Shown: positions 19,707 to 39,400 of the stretch, piece by piece
How positions within the stretch are numbered: position 1 is the first letter of the stretch
Layout of the letters: the number at the start of each line of letters is the position of its first letter
Origin: the human T2T-CHM13v2.0 reference genome, Homo sapiens
Direction of reading: 5' to 3'
DNA length: 64,000 nt
Assembly (NCBI GenBank): GCA_009914755.4
Contig: CP068257.2
Coordinates: 512,001-576,000, forward strand
Made by a program: the position numbers and the translations under genes
Notes under the pieces: model-generated
Told to the model about the DNA's origin: nothing
Database searches by the model: none
The model's input: the letters and a program-made list of their open reading frames with translations, nothing else

Positions 19707-22700
19707 ACACATCTCTGAACTGATCAACAAAGTGATGTAACACTTGTCTAGGCTCTGCCTACAGGGGTTTTGTGACATATCTCTACACTGATCACCCAGC
19801 TGATGGGACATTTGTCTAGGCTATGCCTGTGGGGGCATTGTGACATATCTCTACACTGATCACCCAGGTGATGTAACACTTCTGTTGGATCTGCCTATGG
19901 GGGCATAGTGACATATAGCTGCACTGATCACCCAGGTGATGGGACACTTGTCTAGAATCTGCTTATGGGGGATTTGTGACATATCTCTGAACTGATCACC
20001 CAGGTGATGTAACGCTCGACTAGGCTCTGCCTACGGGGCATAATGACATATCACTGCATTGATCACCGAGGTGATGTAACTCTTGTCCAGGCTCTTCCTA
20101 TAGGGGGACTTGTGACATATCTCTGCACTGATCATCTAGGTGATGTAACTCTTGCTAAAGCTCTCCCTGCAGGGGCATTGTGAAATGTCTCTGCACTGAT
20201 CACCCAGGTGAAGGGACTCTTCACTAGGCTCTGCCTACTGGGGGCATTGTCACATATTTCTGCACTGATCAAACAGGTGACGGACTCTTGTCTTGGATTT
20301 GCCTTTGGGGGCATTTTGACATATCTCTTCACTGATCACCCACGTGATGTAACTGTGGTCTAAGCTCTGCCTAAAGGGGCATTGTGACAGATCTCTGCAA
20401 TGATCACTCAGGTGATGTAACTATTGTCTAGGCTCTGCTTAAGGGGGTCTTGTCACATATCTCTGCACTGATCACCCAGGTGATGTAACTCTTGTCTAGG
20501 CTCTGCTTAAAGGGGGTATTGTGACATATCTCAGCACTGATCACCTAAGTGATGTAACACTTGTGTAGGCTCTGCCTACAGGGGCATTTTGACATATATC
20601 TGCACTGTTAACCGAGGTGACGTTACTCTTGTCTAGGCTATGCCCACAGGGGGATTGAGACATATCTCTGCACTGATCCCGAGGTGATCCAACTATTGGC
20701 TGGTCTCCACCTACTGGGGACATTGTGACATATTTCTGCACTGATTTCCCAGGTGTTGTAACTTTATTCTAGGCTCTGGCTACACGGCATTGTGACATAT
20801 CACTGCACTGATCACCCAGGTGATATAACACTTGTCTAGGCTCTGCCTACAGGGGCATTGCGATGTATCTCTGCACTGATCACCTAGGTCATGTAACTCT
20901 TGTCTAGGCTCTGCCTACAGTGGCATTGTAACATATCTTTGCACTGATCACCCAGGTGATTCAACTCTTTTCTAGGATGTGCCTACAGGGAGTATTGTGA
21001 AATATCTCTGCACTGTTCACCTATGTGATGTAACTCTTGTCTAGGCTCTGCCTACAGGAGCGTTTTCACATATCACTGAACTGATGACAAAGGTGATGTA
21101 ACTCTTGCCTAGGCTTTGCCTACAGAGGACATTGTGACATATATCTGCACTGATCACCCAGATGATGCAACTCTTCCATACGCTTTGCCTACAGGGGACA
21201 TTGGGACATATCCCTGTACTGATCACCCATGTGATGCAACTCTTCTCTATGCTCTGCCTACAGGGTTCATTGTGACATATTTCTGCACTGATCACCCAGG
21301 TGATGTAGCTCTTGTCTAGGCTCCACCTACAGGGAGTATTGTGACATATCTCTGCACTGATCACCCAGGAGATGTAACTGTTGTCTAGGCTCCACCTACA
21401 GGGGGTATTGTGACGTGTCTCTGCACTGATCACCCAGGTGATGTAACATTTATCTAGGCTCTGCCTACAGGGGCGTTTTGACAAAGCTCTCCACAGATCA
21501 CCTAGGTTATGTAACTCTTGTCCACACTCTGCCTACAGGGGGCATTGTGAAATATCTCCGCAATGATCACCCAGGTGATGGTACTCTTCTCTATACTCTG
21601 CCTATAGAGGGATTTGTGACATATCTCTTCACTGATCACCCAGGTGATTGAAGTCTTGTATATGCTCTGTCTATGGGGGCATTGTGTCAAATTTCTGCAC
21701 CAATCACCCGGGTGATGTAACTCTTGTGTAGGCTCTGTCTACAGGGATTTTTGTGACGTATCACTGCACTGATCACCTAGGTGATGTAAGCCTTGTATGG
21801 GCTTTGCATACAGAAGGCTTTGTGACATTTCTATGCACTGATCTCTGAGGTGATGCAACTCTTGTCTAGGCACTGCCTACAGGGGACATTGGTACATATC
21901 TCTGCACTGATCACCCAGGTGATGGACTCTTGTCTTACATCTGCCTACATGGACATTGTGACATATCTCTGAACTGATCAACCAAGTGTTGAAACTCTTG
22001 TCTAGGCTCTGCCTACAGGGGCTTTGTGACACATCTCTGCACTGATCACCCTGGGGAGGGAACTCTTGTCAACGCTCTGCCTACAGGAGGCTTTATGACT
22101 TATACCTGCACTGATAACCTAGGTGATGTAACACTTGTCTAGGCTCTGCCTACACAGGAATTCTCACATATCTCTGCACTGATCACCCAGGTGATGTAAC
22201 TCCTGTCTAGGTTCAGACTACAGGTGTGTTTTGAAATATCTCTGCACTGATCACCCAGTTGATGTAATCCTTGTCTAAGCTCTGCCTACAGGGGCATTGT
22301 GACAGATCTCTCCACTGCTCACCCAGGTGATGTAACAATTGCCTGGGCTTTGCCTACAGGGGGCTTTGTGATATACATTTCCACTGATCAAACAGGTGAT
22401 GTAACCCTTTTCAAGGTTCTGCTTACAGCGGCTTTGGTACATATCTCTACACTGATCACCCCAGGGAGGAAACACTTGTCTACACTCTGCCTACAGGAGG
22501 CTTTACTACTTATCCCTGCACTGATCACTAGGTGATATAACACTTGTCTAGGCTCTGTCTACACCAGAATTTTCACATATCTCTACACTGATCACCTAAG
22601 TGATGGAACCCTTGTCTAGTTTCAGCCTACTGGGGATTTCTGACATACCTATGCACTGATCACCGAGGTGATTTAAATCATTTCCAGGTTTTTGTACAAG

Positions 22701-22847
22701 GGACATTGTGATATATCTCTACTCTGATCACCCAAATGATGCAAATCTTCTCTAGGCTCTGCAGGGAGGGGGCATTGTGACATATTTCTGAACCGATCAT
22801 CGAGGAGATGTAACTATTCTCCAGGCTTTGACTAAAGAGCGTCGGAA
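19707..22847. repeat. Beta-satellite spacer between units 2 and 3 (3.1 kb, the shortest spacer)
   Basis: 68-bp monomers. The post-unit landmark is at about 20541 and the pre-unit landmark at 22275-22475. Confidence 0.9.
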
Positions 22848-23573
22848 GGTGTTGGGAGAGCCTCAGCTGGAATTTCACGGACGGACAAGGGCACAGAGAG
22901 GCCAGTGGGCTCCCTTGCACATCAGCTGGGGTGCGCAATGAGGGCAGGTCTAGCCAGGAGGCCAGCAAATAGAGATAGAGGTCTGCGTTCCACCGCCAGG
23001 CGCTCCGTGGTGTCAGCTGGGAGGTTGCAGGGGCACGGGCGGGCCGGCGACGGTGGCGCGGAGGCACAGAGGAGGCGAGCCGCCCGAGGAGTGTCAGGCC
23101 TGGACGCTGCGTGGGCCCGGTGTTTTGCGGGATGGGGGTCTCCACCCTGCCCAGGAGAGGATGCATTTTCCGGGGGTTGGGGGGGGTGGGGATGGGGTGT
23201 TCAGGCAGGTGTGGGGTGGTGGAAAGGCATGAGATGTCTACCCAGGCTGCTCCCACAGCCCAGGCGGCTGTCCGCAAACACGCGCATGTGCAGTAGGTGG
23301 CCCACCTGGTGGTACCTGTGCTGGCTCTGGGATCCCCTGGATGCTCAGGAAAGAAGGGCAGTTCTCCACTGTGTGGAGCCTCTCACCGTGCCTAGACCTA
23401 GAAGGCAGGAATCCCAGGCCGGTCAGCCCGGTGGAGGGGGCGGGGTGAAGACATGTCCCTCCATAGCCAGCCCGGTGTTCCCCGCGAAAGAGAGGCCACT
23501 GCCCTGCCCCGACCCGACCCAGTCCCAACCCCGCGTCCTAAAGCTCCTGGAGCAGAGCCCAGTATTATTCCTA

Positions 23574-24977
<1,404 letters not shown>

Positions 24978-25606
24978 TCATGAATGGTGGTGAGACCTGG
25001 GACAGCCCGCCCCACCCGGGAAGGGTCCCAGGGCATGGAAGCCTGTGGTCATGGTGGGGTGGGTTTGGCGGAGAGGGCGTGGTGATGGCGGTGGTGGGAC
25101 CAGAGAGATGAAGAGGAATGGGGCGAAGGGGAAGGGGTGAGGGGGTGCGTTTCGGGGGCTGGCTCTAAGGACGTCTCCAGGAATCCCGCGGGAACTGGAA
25201 GCCACTCTCTGGGCTCCCACGCATCTGCAGCAGGGATAAACCGTCCTGGGAAGGTGGAGGGGAGTGTAGAACTGAACCTCGGTGGGAGTCTGGAGTGTTC
25301 CAGGCCCTCTCTCCGTGAAGGAGGCAGTGCCTCTGGGTGTCGCCGTTGCTGGGACAGTCTCAGACACGCAGGCGTGTGGGTCTCGTTCATTTCCAAGTAG
25401 GTGACCAGAGCGAGACCCCAGAGAGAAGATGCCTCTCTGGCGTGATGGCCTTACGATGGATTCCCGTGTGCGGCAACATGGGGAGTCTGCAGAGTGGCCG
25501 GTTTGGAAACTGGCAAGGAGAGCGAAGGCACCATGCCGGTCTTCCACCCTTCCCTGCATGTTTCCGGGTGCCCGCAGAGCTCTGGGAGCAAACAGTCAGC
25601 ATGACA

Positions 25607-28600
25607 CATCTCTGAACTGATCAACAAAGTGATGTAACAATTGTCTAGGCTCTGCCTACAGGGGCTTTGTGAAATATCTCTTCACTGATCACCCAGGTGA
25701 TGGGACTTTTGTCTAGGCTCTGCCTATGCGGGCATTGTGACATATCTCTACACTGATCACCCAGGTGATGTAACTCTTGTGTTGGATCTGCCTATGGGGG
25801 CATTGTGACATATTTCTACACTGATCATCCAGGTGATGGGACTCTTGTCTAGGCTCTGTGTATGGGGGTTTTTGACATGTCTCTGCACTGATCACACAGG
25901 TGATGTAACGCTTGACTAGGCTCTGCCTACGAGGCATAGTGACATATCACTGCATTGATCACCGAGGTGATGTAACTCTTCTCCAGGCTCTGACTATAGG
26001 GGGCCTTGTGACATATCTCTGCACTGATCATCTAGGTGATGTAACTCTTGCTTATTCTCTGCCTGCAGAGGTATTGTGAAATATCTCTGCACTGATCACC
26101 CAGGTGACGGGACTCTTCTCTAGGCTGTGCCTCCTGTGGGCATTCTCACATATATCTGCACTGATCACCCAGGTGACACACTCTTTTCCTGGATTTGCCT
26201 ATGGGGTCATTGTGACATATGTCTGCAGTGATCACCCAGGTGATTTAACTCTGGTCTCAGCTCTGCCGAAAGGGGTATTGTGACAGATTTCTGCACTGAT
26301 CATTCAGGTGATGTAAGTATTGTCTAGGCTCTGCTTAAAGGGGCATTGTCACATATCTCTGCACTGATCACCCAGGTGATGTAACTCTTGTCTAGGCTCT
26401 GTTTACATTGGGTATTGTGAAATATCTCTGCACTGATCACCTAAGTGATGTAACACTTGTGTAGGCTCTGCCTACAGGGGCACTTTGACATACCTCTGCA
26501 CTGTTAACCGAGGTGATGTGACTGTTGTCTAGGCTGTGCCCACAGTGGGATTGAGACATACCTCTGCGCTGATTCCGAGGTGATCCAACTATTGCCTGTT
26601 CTCTGCCTACTGGGGACATTGTGACATATCTCTGCACTGATCTCCCAGGTGCTGTAAATTTAGTCCAGGCTCTGGCTACACGGCATTGTGACATATCTGC
26701 ACTGATCACCCAGGTGATATAACTCTTGTCTAGGCTCTGCCTACAGGGGGCTTGTGACATATCCCTACACTGATCATCCAGGTGATATAACATTTGTGTA
26801 GCCTCTGCCTACAGGGGCTTGTGACATATCTCTACACCGATCACCCACGTGATATAACTCTTCTCTAGGATCTGCCTACATTGTGCTTTGTGACATATCC
26901 ATGCAGTGATGACCCAGGTGATATACCATTGTCAAGGCTCTGCCTACAGTGGCTTTGCGATTTATCTCTGCACTGATCACCTAGGTCATGTAACTCTTGC
27001 CTAGGCTCTGCTTACAGTGGCATTGTGTCATATCTCTGCAATGATCACCCAGGTGATGTAACTATTTTCTAGGATCTGCCTACTGGGTGCTTTGTGACAT
27101 ATCCCTGCAATGATCACCCAGGTGATGTACCACTTGTCAAGGCTCTGCCTACAGGGACATTGCGATGTGTCTCTGCACTGACCACCTAGGACATGTAACC
27201 CTTGTCTAGGCTCTGCCTACAGTGGCATTGTGACATATCTCTGCACTCATCATCCAAGTGATGTAACACTTGTCTTGGATCTGCTTAAAGGGACTTTGCG
27301 ACTTAACTCTGCGCTGATCATCCAGGTGATGGGACTTTTGTCTAGGCTCTGCCTAAGGGGGCATTTTGACATATTTCTGCACTGTTCACACAGGTGACCG
27401 ACTCTTGTCTTGGATCTGCCTATGGGGGCATTGTGACATATCTCTGCACTGGTCACCCAGGTGATGTAACTGTTGTATAAGCTCTGCCTACAGGGGAATT
27501 GTGAGAGATCTCGCCACTGATTACCCAAGTGATTTAACTATTTTCTAGGCTTTGCCTACAGGGGGCTTTGTGACATACCTTTGCACTGATAAGCCAGGTG
27601 ATGTAACTCATCTAAGTTCTGCCTAAGGGAGCTTTGTGACATATCTCTGCACTGACCATGTAGGTGATGTAACACTTTTATAAGCACTGCCTGCAAGGAA
27701 TTTTGACAAATCTCTGCCCTGATCACCTAGGTGATGTAAATCTTGTCTACCATCTCCCCAAAGGGGCCATTGGGAAATATCTCTGCACTCATAACCCAGG
27801 TGATTCTACTCTTGTCTAGGATCTGCCTAAAGGGGGTATTGTGAAATTTCTCTGCACTGATCAACTAGGTGATGTAACTCTTGTCTAGGCTCTGTCTACC
27901 GGGGCGTTTTCACATATCCCTGAACTGATGACAAAGGTGATGTAACTCTTGCCTAGGCTTTGCCTACAGGGGACATTGTGACATATCTCTGTACTGATGA
28001 CCCAGGTGATGCAACTCTTCTCTATGCTCTGCCTACAGGGGACATTGTGACACATCTCTGAACTGATCACCCAGGTGATGCAACTCTTCTCTATGCTCTG
28101 CCTACAGGGGGCATTGTGACATATCTCTACACCGATCACCCAGGTGATGTAACTCCTTTCTAGTCTCTGCCTACCTAGGGCGTTGTGACATCACTCTGCA
28201 CGGATCACCCGGGTTATGTAACTCTTGTCTAGTCTCCGCCTATCAGGGCATTGTGAATTATCTCTGCACTGACCACCCAGGAGATGTGACTCTTGTCAAT
28301 GCTCTGCCTAGAGAGACATTGGGACATATCTCTGCACTGATCACTGAGGTGATGTAAAATTTGTCTAGGCTTCGCCTACAGTGGGATTTATGACATATCT
28401 CTGCACTGATCACCCAGGTGATGTAACTCTTGTCTGGGCTCTGCCTACAGGGGCATTTTCACATATCACTGCACTGATCACCGAGATGATGTAACTGTTG
28501 TATAGGCTTCGCCGACAGGGGACATTGAGACATATCTCTGCACTGATCACCCAGGTGCTGCAACTCTTTTCTGGGATCTGCTTACAGGGGACATTGTGAC

Positions 28601-30704
28601 ATATCTCTGTCCTGATCACCCAGGTGATGTAACTCTTGTCTAGGCTCTGCCTACTGGAGGCATTGTGACATATCTCCTCATTGATCACCCAGGTGGTGTC
28701 ATTTTTGTCAAGGATATGGCCAGAGGGACATTGTGACATGTCACTGCACTGATCACACAGCTGATGTAACCCTTGTCTAGGCTCTGGATACAGGGGGCTT
28801 GTGACACATTTCTGCACTGATCACCCAGGTGATGGAACCGTTGTCTAGGCTCTGCCAAAAGGGGTTATTGTGACATAACTCTGCAGTGATCACCGAGGTG
28901 ATTGGACGCTGGTCTAGGCTCTGCCTACAGGGGCATTGTGACATATCTCTGCAGTGATCACGCAGGTGATGTAACTCTTGTCTATATCTACCTACTGGTG
29001 GAGTTGTGGCATATTTCAGCACTGGTCACCCAGGTGATGGACTCTTGTCTTGGATCTGCCTATGGGGTTATAGTGACATATCTCTGCACTGATCACTCAT
29101 GTGATGTAACGCTTGTCTAAGCTGCGTCTAAAGGGGAATTGTGACAGATATCTCCAGTGATCCCCCAGGTGATGTATCAATTTTCTGGGATTTGTCTACA
29201 GGGGGCTTTGTGACATATCTTTGCACTGATCACCCAGGTGATGTAACTGTTGTCTAGGCTCCACCTACAGGGGATATTGTGACGTATCTCTGCACTGATC
29301 ACCCAGGTGATGTAACATTTATCCAGCCTCTGCCTATAGGGGCGTTTTGGCATATCTCTGCACAGATCACCTAGGCTATGTAACTCTTGTCCACTCTCTG
29401 CCTACACGGGTCATTGTGAAATATCTCTGCCCTGATCAACCAGGTGATGGTACTCTTCTCTATACACTGCCTAGAGGGGGATTTGTGACATATCTCTGCA
29501 CTGATCACCCAGGTGATGGAATTCTTGTCTAGGCTCTGTCTATGAGGGCATTTTGTCAAATATCTGCACTGATCACCCAGGTGATGTAACTATTCTCTAG
29601 GCTCTGTCTACAGGGATTTTAATGACATATCACTGCACTGATCACCTAGGTGATGTAAGCCTTGTATGGGCTTTGCATACCGAAGGCTTTGTGACATAGT
29701 CTATGCACTGATCTCTGAGGTGATGCTACTCTTGTCTAGGCACTGCCTACAGGGGTCATTGATATATATCTCTGCACTGATCACCCAGGTGATGGACTCT
29801 TGTCTTAGATCTGCCTACATGTATATTCTGACACATATCTGAACTGATCAACCAAGTGATGAAACACTTGTCTAGTCTCTGCCTTCAGGGGCTTTGTGAC
29901 ACATCTCTTCACTGATAACCCTGGGGAGGGAACTCTTGTCTACACTCTGCCTACAGGAGGCTTTATGACTTTTACCTGCACTGATAACCCAGGTGATGTA
30001 ACACTTGTCTAGGCTCTGCTACAAGGGAATTCTCACATATCTCTGCACTGATCACCCAGGTGATGTAACTCCTGTCTAGGTTCAGCTACAGGAGCGTTTT
30101 GACATATCTCTGCACTGATCACCGAGGTGATGTAACCCTTGTCTAACCTCTGCCTAAAGGGGCATTGAGACAGATCTCTCCACTGCTCACCCAGGTGTTG
30201 TAACTATTTTCTGGGCTTTGCCTACCGGGGGCTTTGTGACATACGTTTCCACTGATCAAACAGGTGATGTAACCCTTGTCAAGGTTCTGCTTACAGGGGC
30301 TTTGTGACATATCTCTTCCCTGATCACCCCAGGGAGGAAACACTTGTCTACACTCCGCCTACAGGAGGCTTTACAAACTATCCCTGCACTGATCACTAGG
30401 AGATGTAACATTTCTAGGCTCTGTCTACACGGGAATTTTCACATATCTCTGCACTGATCACCTAAGTGATGTAACCCTTGTGTTGGTTGAGCCTACTGGG
30501 GATTTCTGACATACCTCTGCACTGATCACCGAAGTGATGTAAATCATTTCCAGGCTTTTTGTACAGGGGACATTGTGATATATCTCTGCACTTATCACCC
30601 AAATAATGCAAATCTTCTCTAGGCTCCACAGGGAGGGGGCATTGTGACATATTTCTGAACTTATCATCCAGGAGATGTAGCTCTTCTCCAGGCTTTGACT
30701 AAAG
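25607..30704. repeat. Beta-satellite spacer between units 3 and 4 (5.1 kb)
   Basis: 68-bp GATC monomers with conserved post-unit and pre-unit flank landmarks. Confidence 0.9.
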
Positions 30705-33425
<2,721 letters not shown>

Positions 33426-36400
33426 TCTCTGAACTGATCAACAAAGTGAGGTAACTCTTGTCTAGGCTCTGCCTACAGGGGCTTTGTGACATATCTCTGC
33501 ACTGATCACCCAGGTGATGTAACTCTTGTGTTGGATCTGTCTACGGGGTCATTGTGACATATTTCTGCAATGATCACCCAGGTGATGGGACTCTTGTCTA
33601 GGCTCTGTGTATGGGGGCTTTGTGACATATCTCTGCCCTGATCACCCAGGTGATGAAACGCTTGATTAGGCTCTGCCTATGGGGCATAGTGACATATCAC
33701 TGAATTGATAACCGAGGTGATGTAACTCTTGTCCAGGCTCTGCCTATAGGGGGTCTTGTGACATATCTCTGCACTGATCACGTAGGTGATGTAACTCTTG
33801 CTTACGCTCTCCCTGCAGGGGCATTGTGAAATATCTCTGCACTGATCACCTAGGTGATGGGACTCTTCTCTAGGCTCTGCCTACTGGGGGAATTGTCACA
33901 TATGTCTGCACTGATAACCCAGGTGACGGACTCCTGTCTTTGAATTGCCTATGGGGGCATTGTGACATATCTCTGCACTGATCACCCAGGTGATGTAACT
34001 CTGGTCTAAGCTCTGCCTAAAGGAGCATTGTGACAGATCTCTGCACTGATCTCTCAGGTGATGTCACTATTGTCTAGGCTCTGCTTAAAAGGGCCTTGTC
34101 ACATATCTCTGCACAGATCATCCAGGTGATGTAACTCTTGTCTAGGCTCTGCTTACAGGGGGTATAGTGACAAATCTCTGCACTGATCACCTAAGTGATG
34201 TAACACTTGTGTAGGCTCTGCCAACAGGGGGATTTTGACATATCTCTGCACTGTTAACCGAGGTGACGTAACTCTTGTCTAGGCTGTGCCCACAGGGGGA
34301 TTGAGACATATCTCTGCACTGATGCAGGGGTGTTCTAACTCTTGCCTGGTCTCTGCCTACTGGGGTTACTGTGACATATCTCTGCACCAATCTCCCGGGT
34401 GCTGTAACTTTAATCTAGGCTCTGGTTACACGGAATTGTGACATATCACTGCACCCAAGTGATATAACTTGTCTAGGCTCTGCCTACAGGGTTCTCGTGA
34501 CATATCTCTGCACTGATCACCCAGGTGACATAACTCTTCTCTAGGATCTGCATACAGGGTTCTATGTGACATATCCCTGCAATGATCACCCAGGTGATAT
34601 ACCACTTGTCAAGGCTCTGCCAACAGGGGCATTGCGACACATCTCTGCACTGATCACCCAGGTAGTGTAACTGTTGTATAAGCTCTGCCTACAGCGGAAT
34701 TGTGTGAGATCTCGCCACTGATCACCCAAGTGATGTAACCATTGTCTAGGCTTTGCCTATAGTGGGCTTTTGACATACATTTGCACTGATCACCCAGGTG
34801 ATGTAACTCATCTAAGTTCTGCCTACAGGAGCTTTGTGACATATCTCTGCACTGATCACTTAGGGTATGTAACACTTTTATAAGCACTGCCTACAGGGAA
34901 ATTGGACAAATCTCTGCACTGATCACCTAGGTGATGTAACTCTTGTCTACCCTCTGCCCAAAGGGGGCATTGTGAAATATCTCTGCAATGATCACCCAGG
35001 TGATTCCACTCTTGTCTAGGATCTGCCCACAGGGGGTATTGTGAAATATATCTGCACTGATCAACTAGGTGATATAACTCCCGTCTAGGCTCTGCCTACA
35101 GGGGCGTTTTCACATATCCCTGAACTGATGACACAGGTGATGTAACTCTGGCCTAGGCTTTGCCTACAGGGGACATTGTGACATATCCCTGCACTGATCA
35201 CCCAGGTGATGCAACGCTTCTCTATGCTCTGCCTACAGCGGACATTGTGACATATCTCTGCACTGATCACCCAGTTGATGCAACTCTTCTCTATGCTCTG
35301 CCTACAGGGGGCATTGTGACATATCTCTGCACTGATCAACGAGGTGATGTAACTCTTTTCTAGTCTCTGCCGACAGAGGGCGTTGTGACATCACTCTGCA
35401 CGGATCACACGGTTTATGTAACTCTTGACTAGGCTCTGCCTACGGGGGCATTTTCACATATCACTGCACTGATCACCGAGATGATGTAACTCTTGTATAG
35501 GCTTCGCCGACAGGGGGCATTGAGACATATCTCTGCACTGATCACCGAGGTGATGCAACTGTTGTCTGGGATCTGCTTACAGGCGGCATTGTGACATATC
35601 TCTGCCCTGATCACCCAGGTGATGTAACTCTTGTCTAGGCTCTGCCTACTGGAGACATTGTGACATATCTCCGCACTGATCACCCAGTTGATGTCACTAT
35701 TGTCAAGGATATGGCTATAGAGATATTGTGACATGTCACTGCACTGATCACAGAGCTGATATAACTCTTGTCTAGGCTCTGGCAACAGGGGGCTAGTGAC
35801 ACATCTCTGCACTGATCACACAGGTGATGTAACTCTGTTCTAAGCTCTGCCTAAAGGGGCATTGTGACAGATCTCTGCACTGAGCACTCAGGTGGTGTAA
35901 CTATTGTCTAGGCTCTGCTTAAAGGGGCCTTGTCACATATCTCTGCACTGATCACCCAGGTGATGTAACTCTTGTCTAGGCTCTGCTTACAGGGGGTATT
36001 GTGACATAACCCTGCACTGATCACCTAAGTGACGTAACACTTATGTAGTCTCTGCCTACAGTGGCATTTTGACATATCTCTGCACTGTTAACCGAGGTGA
36101 TGAAACTCGTGTCTAGTCTGTGCCCACAGGGGGATTGAGACATATCTCTGCACTGATCCCGAGGTTATCCAACTCTTGCCTGGTCTCTGCCTACTGGGGA
36201 CATTGTGACATACCTCTGCTCTGATCACCCAGGTGCTGTAACTTTAGTGTAGGCTCTGGCTACACGGCATTGTGACATATCACTGCACTGATTACCCAGG
36301 TGATATAACTCTTGTCTAGGCTCTGCCTACAGGGGGCTTGTGACATATCTCTGCACTGATCACCCAGGTGATATAACTCTTCTCTAGGATCTGCCTACAG

Positions 36401-39400
36401 GGTGTTTTGTGACCTATCCCTGCAATGGTCACCCAGGTGATGTACCACTTGTCAACGCTCTGCCTACAGGGGCATTGCGATATATCTCTGCACTGATCAC
36501 CTAGGTCAAGTAACTCTTGTATAAGCTCTGCCTACAGTGGCAATGTGACATATCTCTACACTGGTCACCCAGGTGATGTAACTCTTTTCTAGGATCTGCC
36601 TACAGGGTGCTTTGTGACATATCCCTGCAATGATCACCAAGGTGATGTACCACTTGTCAAGGCTCTGCCTACAGGGACATTGCGATGTATCTCTGCACTG
36701 ATCACCTACGTCATGTAACTCTTGTCTAGGCTCTGCCTAGAATGGCATTGTGACATATCTCTGCACTGATCATCCAAGTGATGTAACCATTGTCTAGTAT
36801 CTGCCTAAAGGGACTTTGTGACATAACTCTGCACTGATCATCCAGGTGATGGAGATTTTGTCTAGGCTCTGCCTAAGGGGGCATTGTGACATATTCCTGG
36901 ACTGATCACCCAGGTGACAGACTCTTGTCTTGGATCTGCCTATGGGGGCATTGCAACGTATCTCTGCACTGATCACCCAGGTGATGTAACTGTCGTATAA
37001 GCTCTGCCTACAGGGGAATTGTGAGAGATCTCGCCCCTGATCACCCAAGTGATGTAACTATTGTCTAGGCTTTGCCTGCAGGGAGCTTTGTGACATACCT
37101 TTTCACTGATCACCCAGGAGTTGTAACTCATCTAAGTTCTGCCTACAGGAGCTTTGTGACATATCTCGTGCTCTGATCACTTATGTGATGTAACACTTTT
37201 ATAAGCACTGCCTACAGTGGAATTTTGACAAATCTCTGCACTGATCACCTAGGTGATGTAAGCCTGGTGTACCCTCTGCCCAAAGGGGGCATTGTGAAAT
37301 ATCTCTGCACTGATCACCCAGGTGATGTAACTCTTTTGTACTCTCTGCCTACAGAGGGCGTTGTGACATCACTCTGCACGGAACACCAGGGTTATGTAAC
37401 TCGTGTCTAGGCTCTGCCTACGGGGGCATTGTGACTTATCTCCGCACTTATCACCCTGGAGATGTGAGTCTTGTCTAAGCTCTTCCTAGAGGGACATTGG
37501 GACATATCTCTGCACTGATCGCTGAGGTGATGTAAAAATTGTCTAGGCTTTGCCTAAAGTGGGATTTATGACATATCTCTGCACTGATCACCCTGGGGAG
37601 GAAACTCTGGTCTACCCTCTGCCTACAGGAGGCTTTATGACTTATACCTGCACTGATAACGTAGGTGATGTAACACTTGTCTAGGCTCTGCCTACACGGG
37701 AATTCTCACATATCTCTACACTGATCACCCAGGTGATGGAACTCTGGTCTAGGTTCTGCTTACATGGGGTATTGTGACATATGTCTGCACTGATCACCTA
37801 AGTGAGGTAACACTTGTGTAGGCTCTGCCTACAGGGGCATTTTGACATATCCCTGCACTGTTTAACTGAGGTGATGTAACTCTTCTCTAGCCTGTGCCCA
37901 CAGAGGGATTGAGACATATCTCTGCACTGATCCCGAGGCGATCTTACTCTTGCCTGGTCTCTGCCTACTGGGGACATTGTGACATATATCTGCACTGATC
38001 TCCGAGGTGCTGTAACTTTAGTCTAGGTTCCGGCTACACGGCATTGTGACATATCTCTGCATTGATCACCCAGGTGATGTAACGCTTCACTAGGCTCTGC
38101 CTATGGGGCATATTGACATATCACTGTATTGATCACTGAGGTGATGTAACTCTTGTCCAGGCTCTGCCTATAGGGGGCCTTGCGACATATCTCTGTACTG
38201 ATCACCTAGGTGATGTAACTCTTGCTTACACTCTGCCTGCAGGGGCATTGTAAAATATCTCTTCACTGATTACCCAGGTGATGGGACTCTTCTCTAGGCT
38301 CTGCCTACTTGGGGCATTGTCACATATTTCTGCCCTGATCACCCAGGAGACGGACTCTTGTCTTGATTTTGCCTATGGGGGCATTGTGACATATCTCTGC
38401 ACTGATCACCCAGGTGAAGTAACCCTGGTCTAAGCTCTGCCTAAAGGGGCATTGTGACATATCTCTGCACTGATCACTCAGGTGATGTAACTATTGTCTA
38501 GGCTCTGCTTAAAGGAGCCTTGTCACATATCTCTGCACTGATCACCCAGGTGATGTCACTCTTGCCTAGTCTCTGCTAACGGGGTATTGTGACATATCTC
38601 TGCACTGATCAGGTAAGTGATGTAAGACTTGTGTAGGCTCTGTCTACAGATGCATTTTGACATATCTCTGCAATGTTAACGGAGGTGATGTAACCCTTGT
38701 CTAGGCTGTGCCAACACGGGGATTGAGACATATCTCTGCACTGATCCCGAGGTGATCAAACTCTTGCCTGGTCTCTGCCTACTGGGGACACTGTGACATA
38801 TCTCTGCACTGATTTCCGAGTTGCTGTAACTTTAGTCTAGGCTCTGACTACACGGCATTGTGACATATCACTGCACTGATCACCGAGGTGATATTACTCT
38901 TGTCTAGGCTCTGCCTACAGGGGGCTTGTGACACATCTCGGCACTGATCACCCAGGTGATATAACTCTTCTCTAGGATCTGCTACAGGGTGCTTTGTGAC
39001 ATATCCCTGCACTGATCACCCAGGTGATGGGACTCTTGTCTAGGCTCTGCCAACAATGGCATTCTGACATATCTCTGCACTGATCACCCAGGTGACGTAA
39101 CTCTTTTCTAGGATCTGCTTACAGGGTGCTTTGTGACATATCCCTGCAATGATCATCCAGGTGATGTACCACTTGTCAAGGCTCTGCCTACAGGGACATT
39201 GCGTTTTATCTCTGCACTGATCACCTAGGTCATGTAACTCTTTTCTAGGCTCTGCCTACAGTGGCATTGTGACATATCTCTGCCCTGATCATCCAAGTGA
39301 TGTAACTATTGTCTAGGATCTGCCTAAAGGGACTTTGTGACATAAATCTGCACTGATCATCCAGGTGATGGGGCTTTTGTCTAGGCTCTCCTAAGGAAGC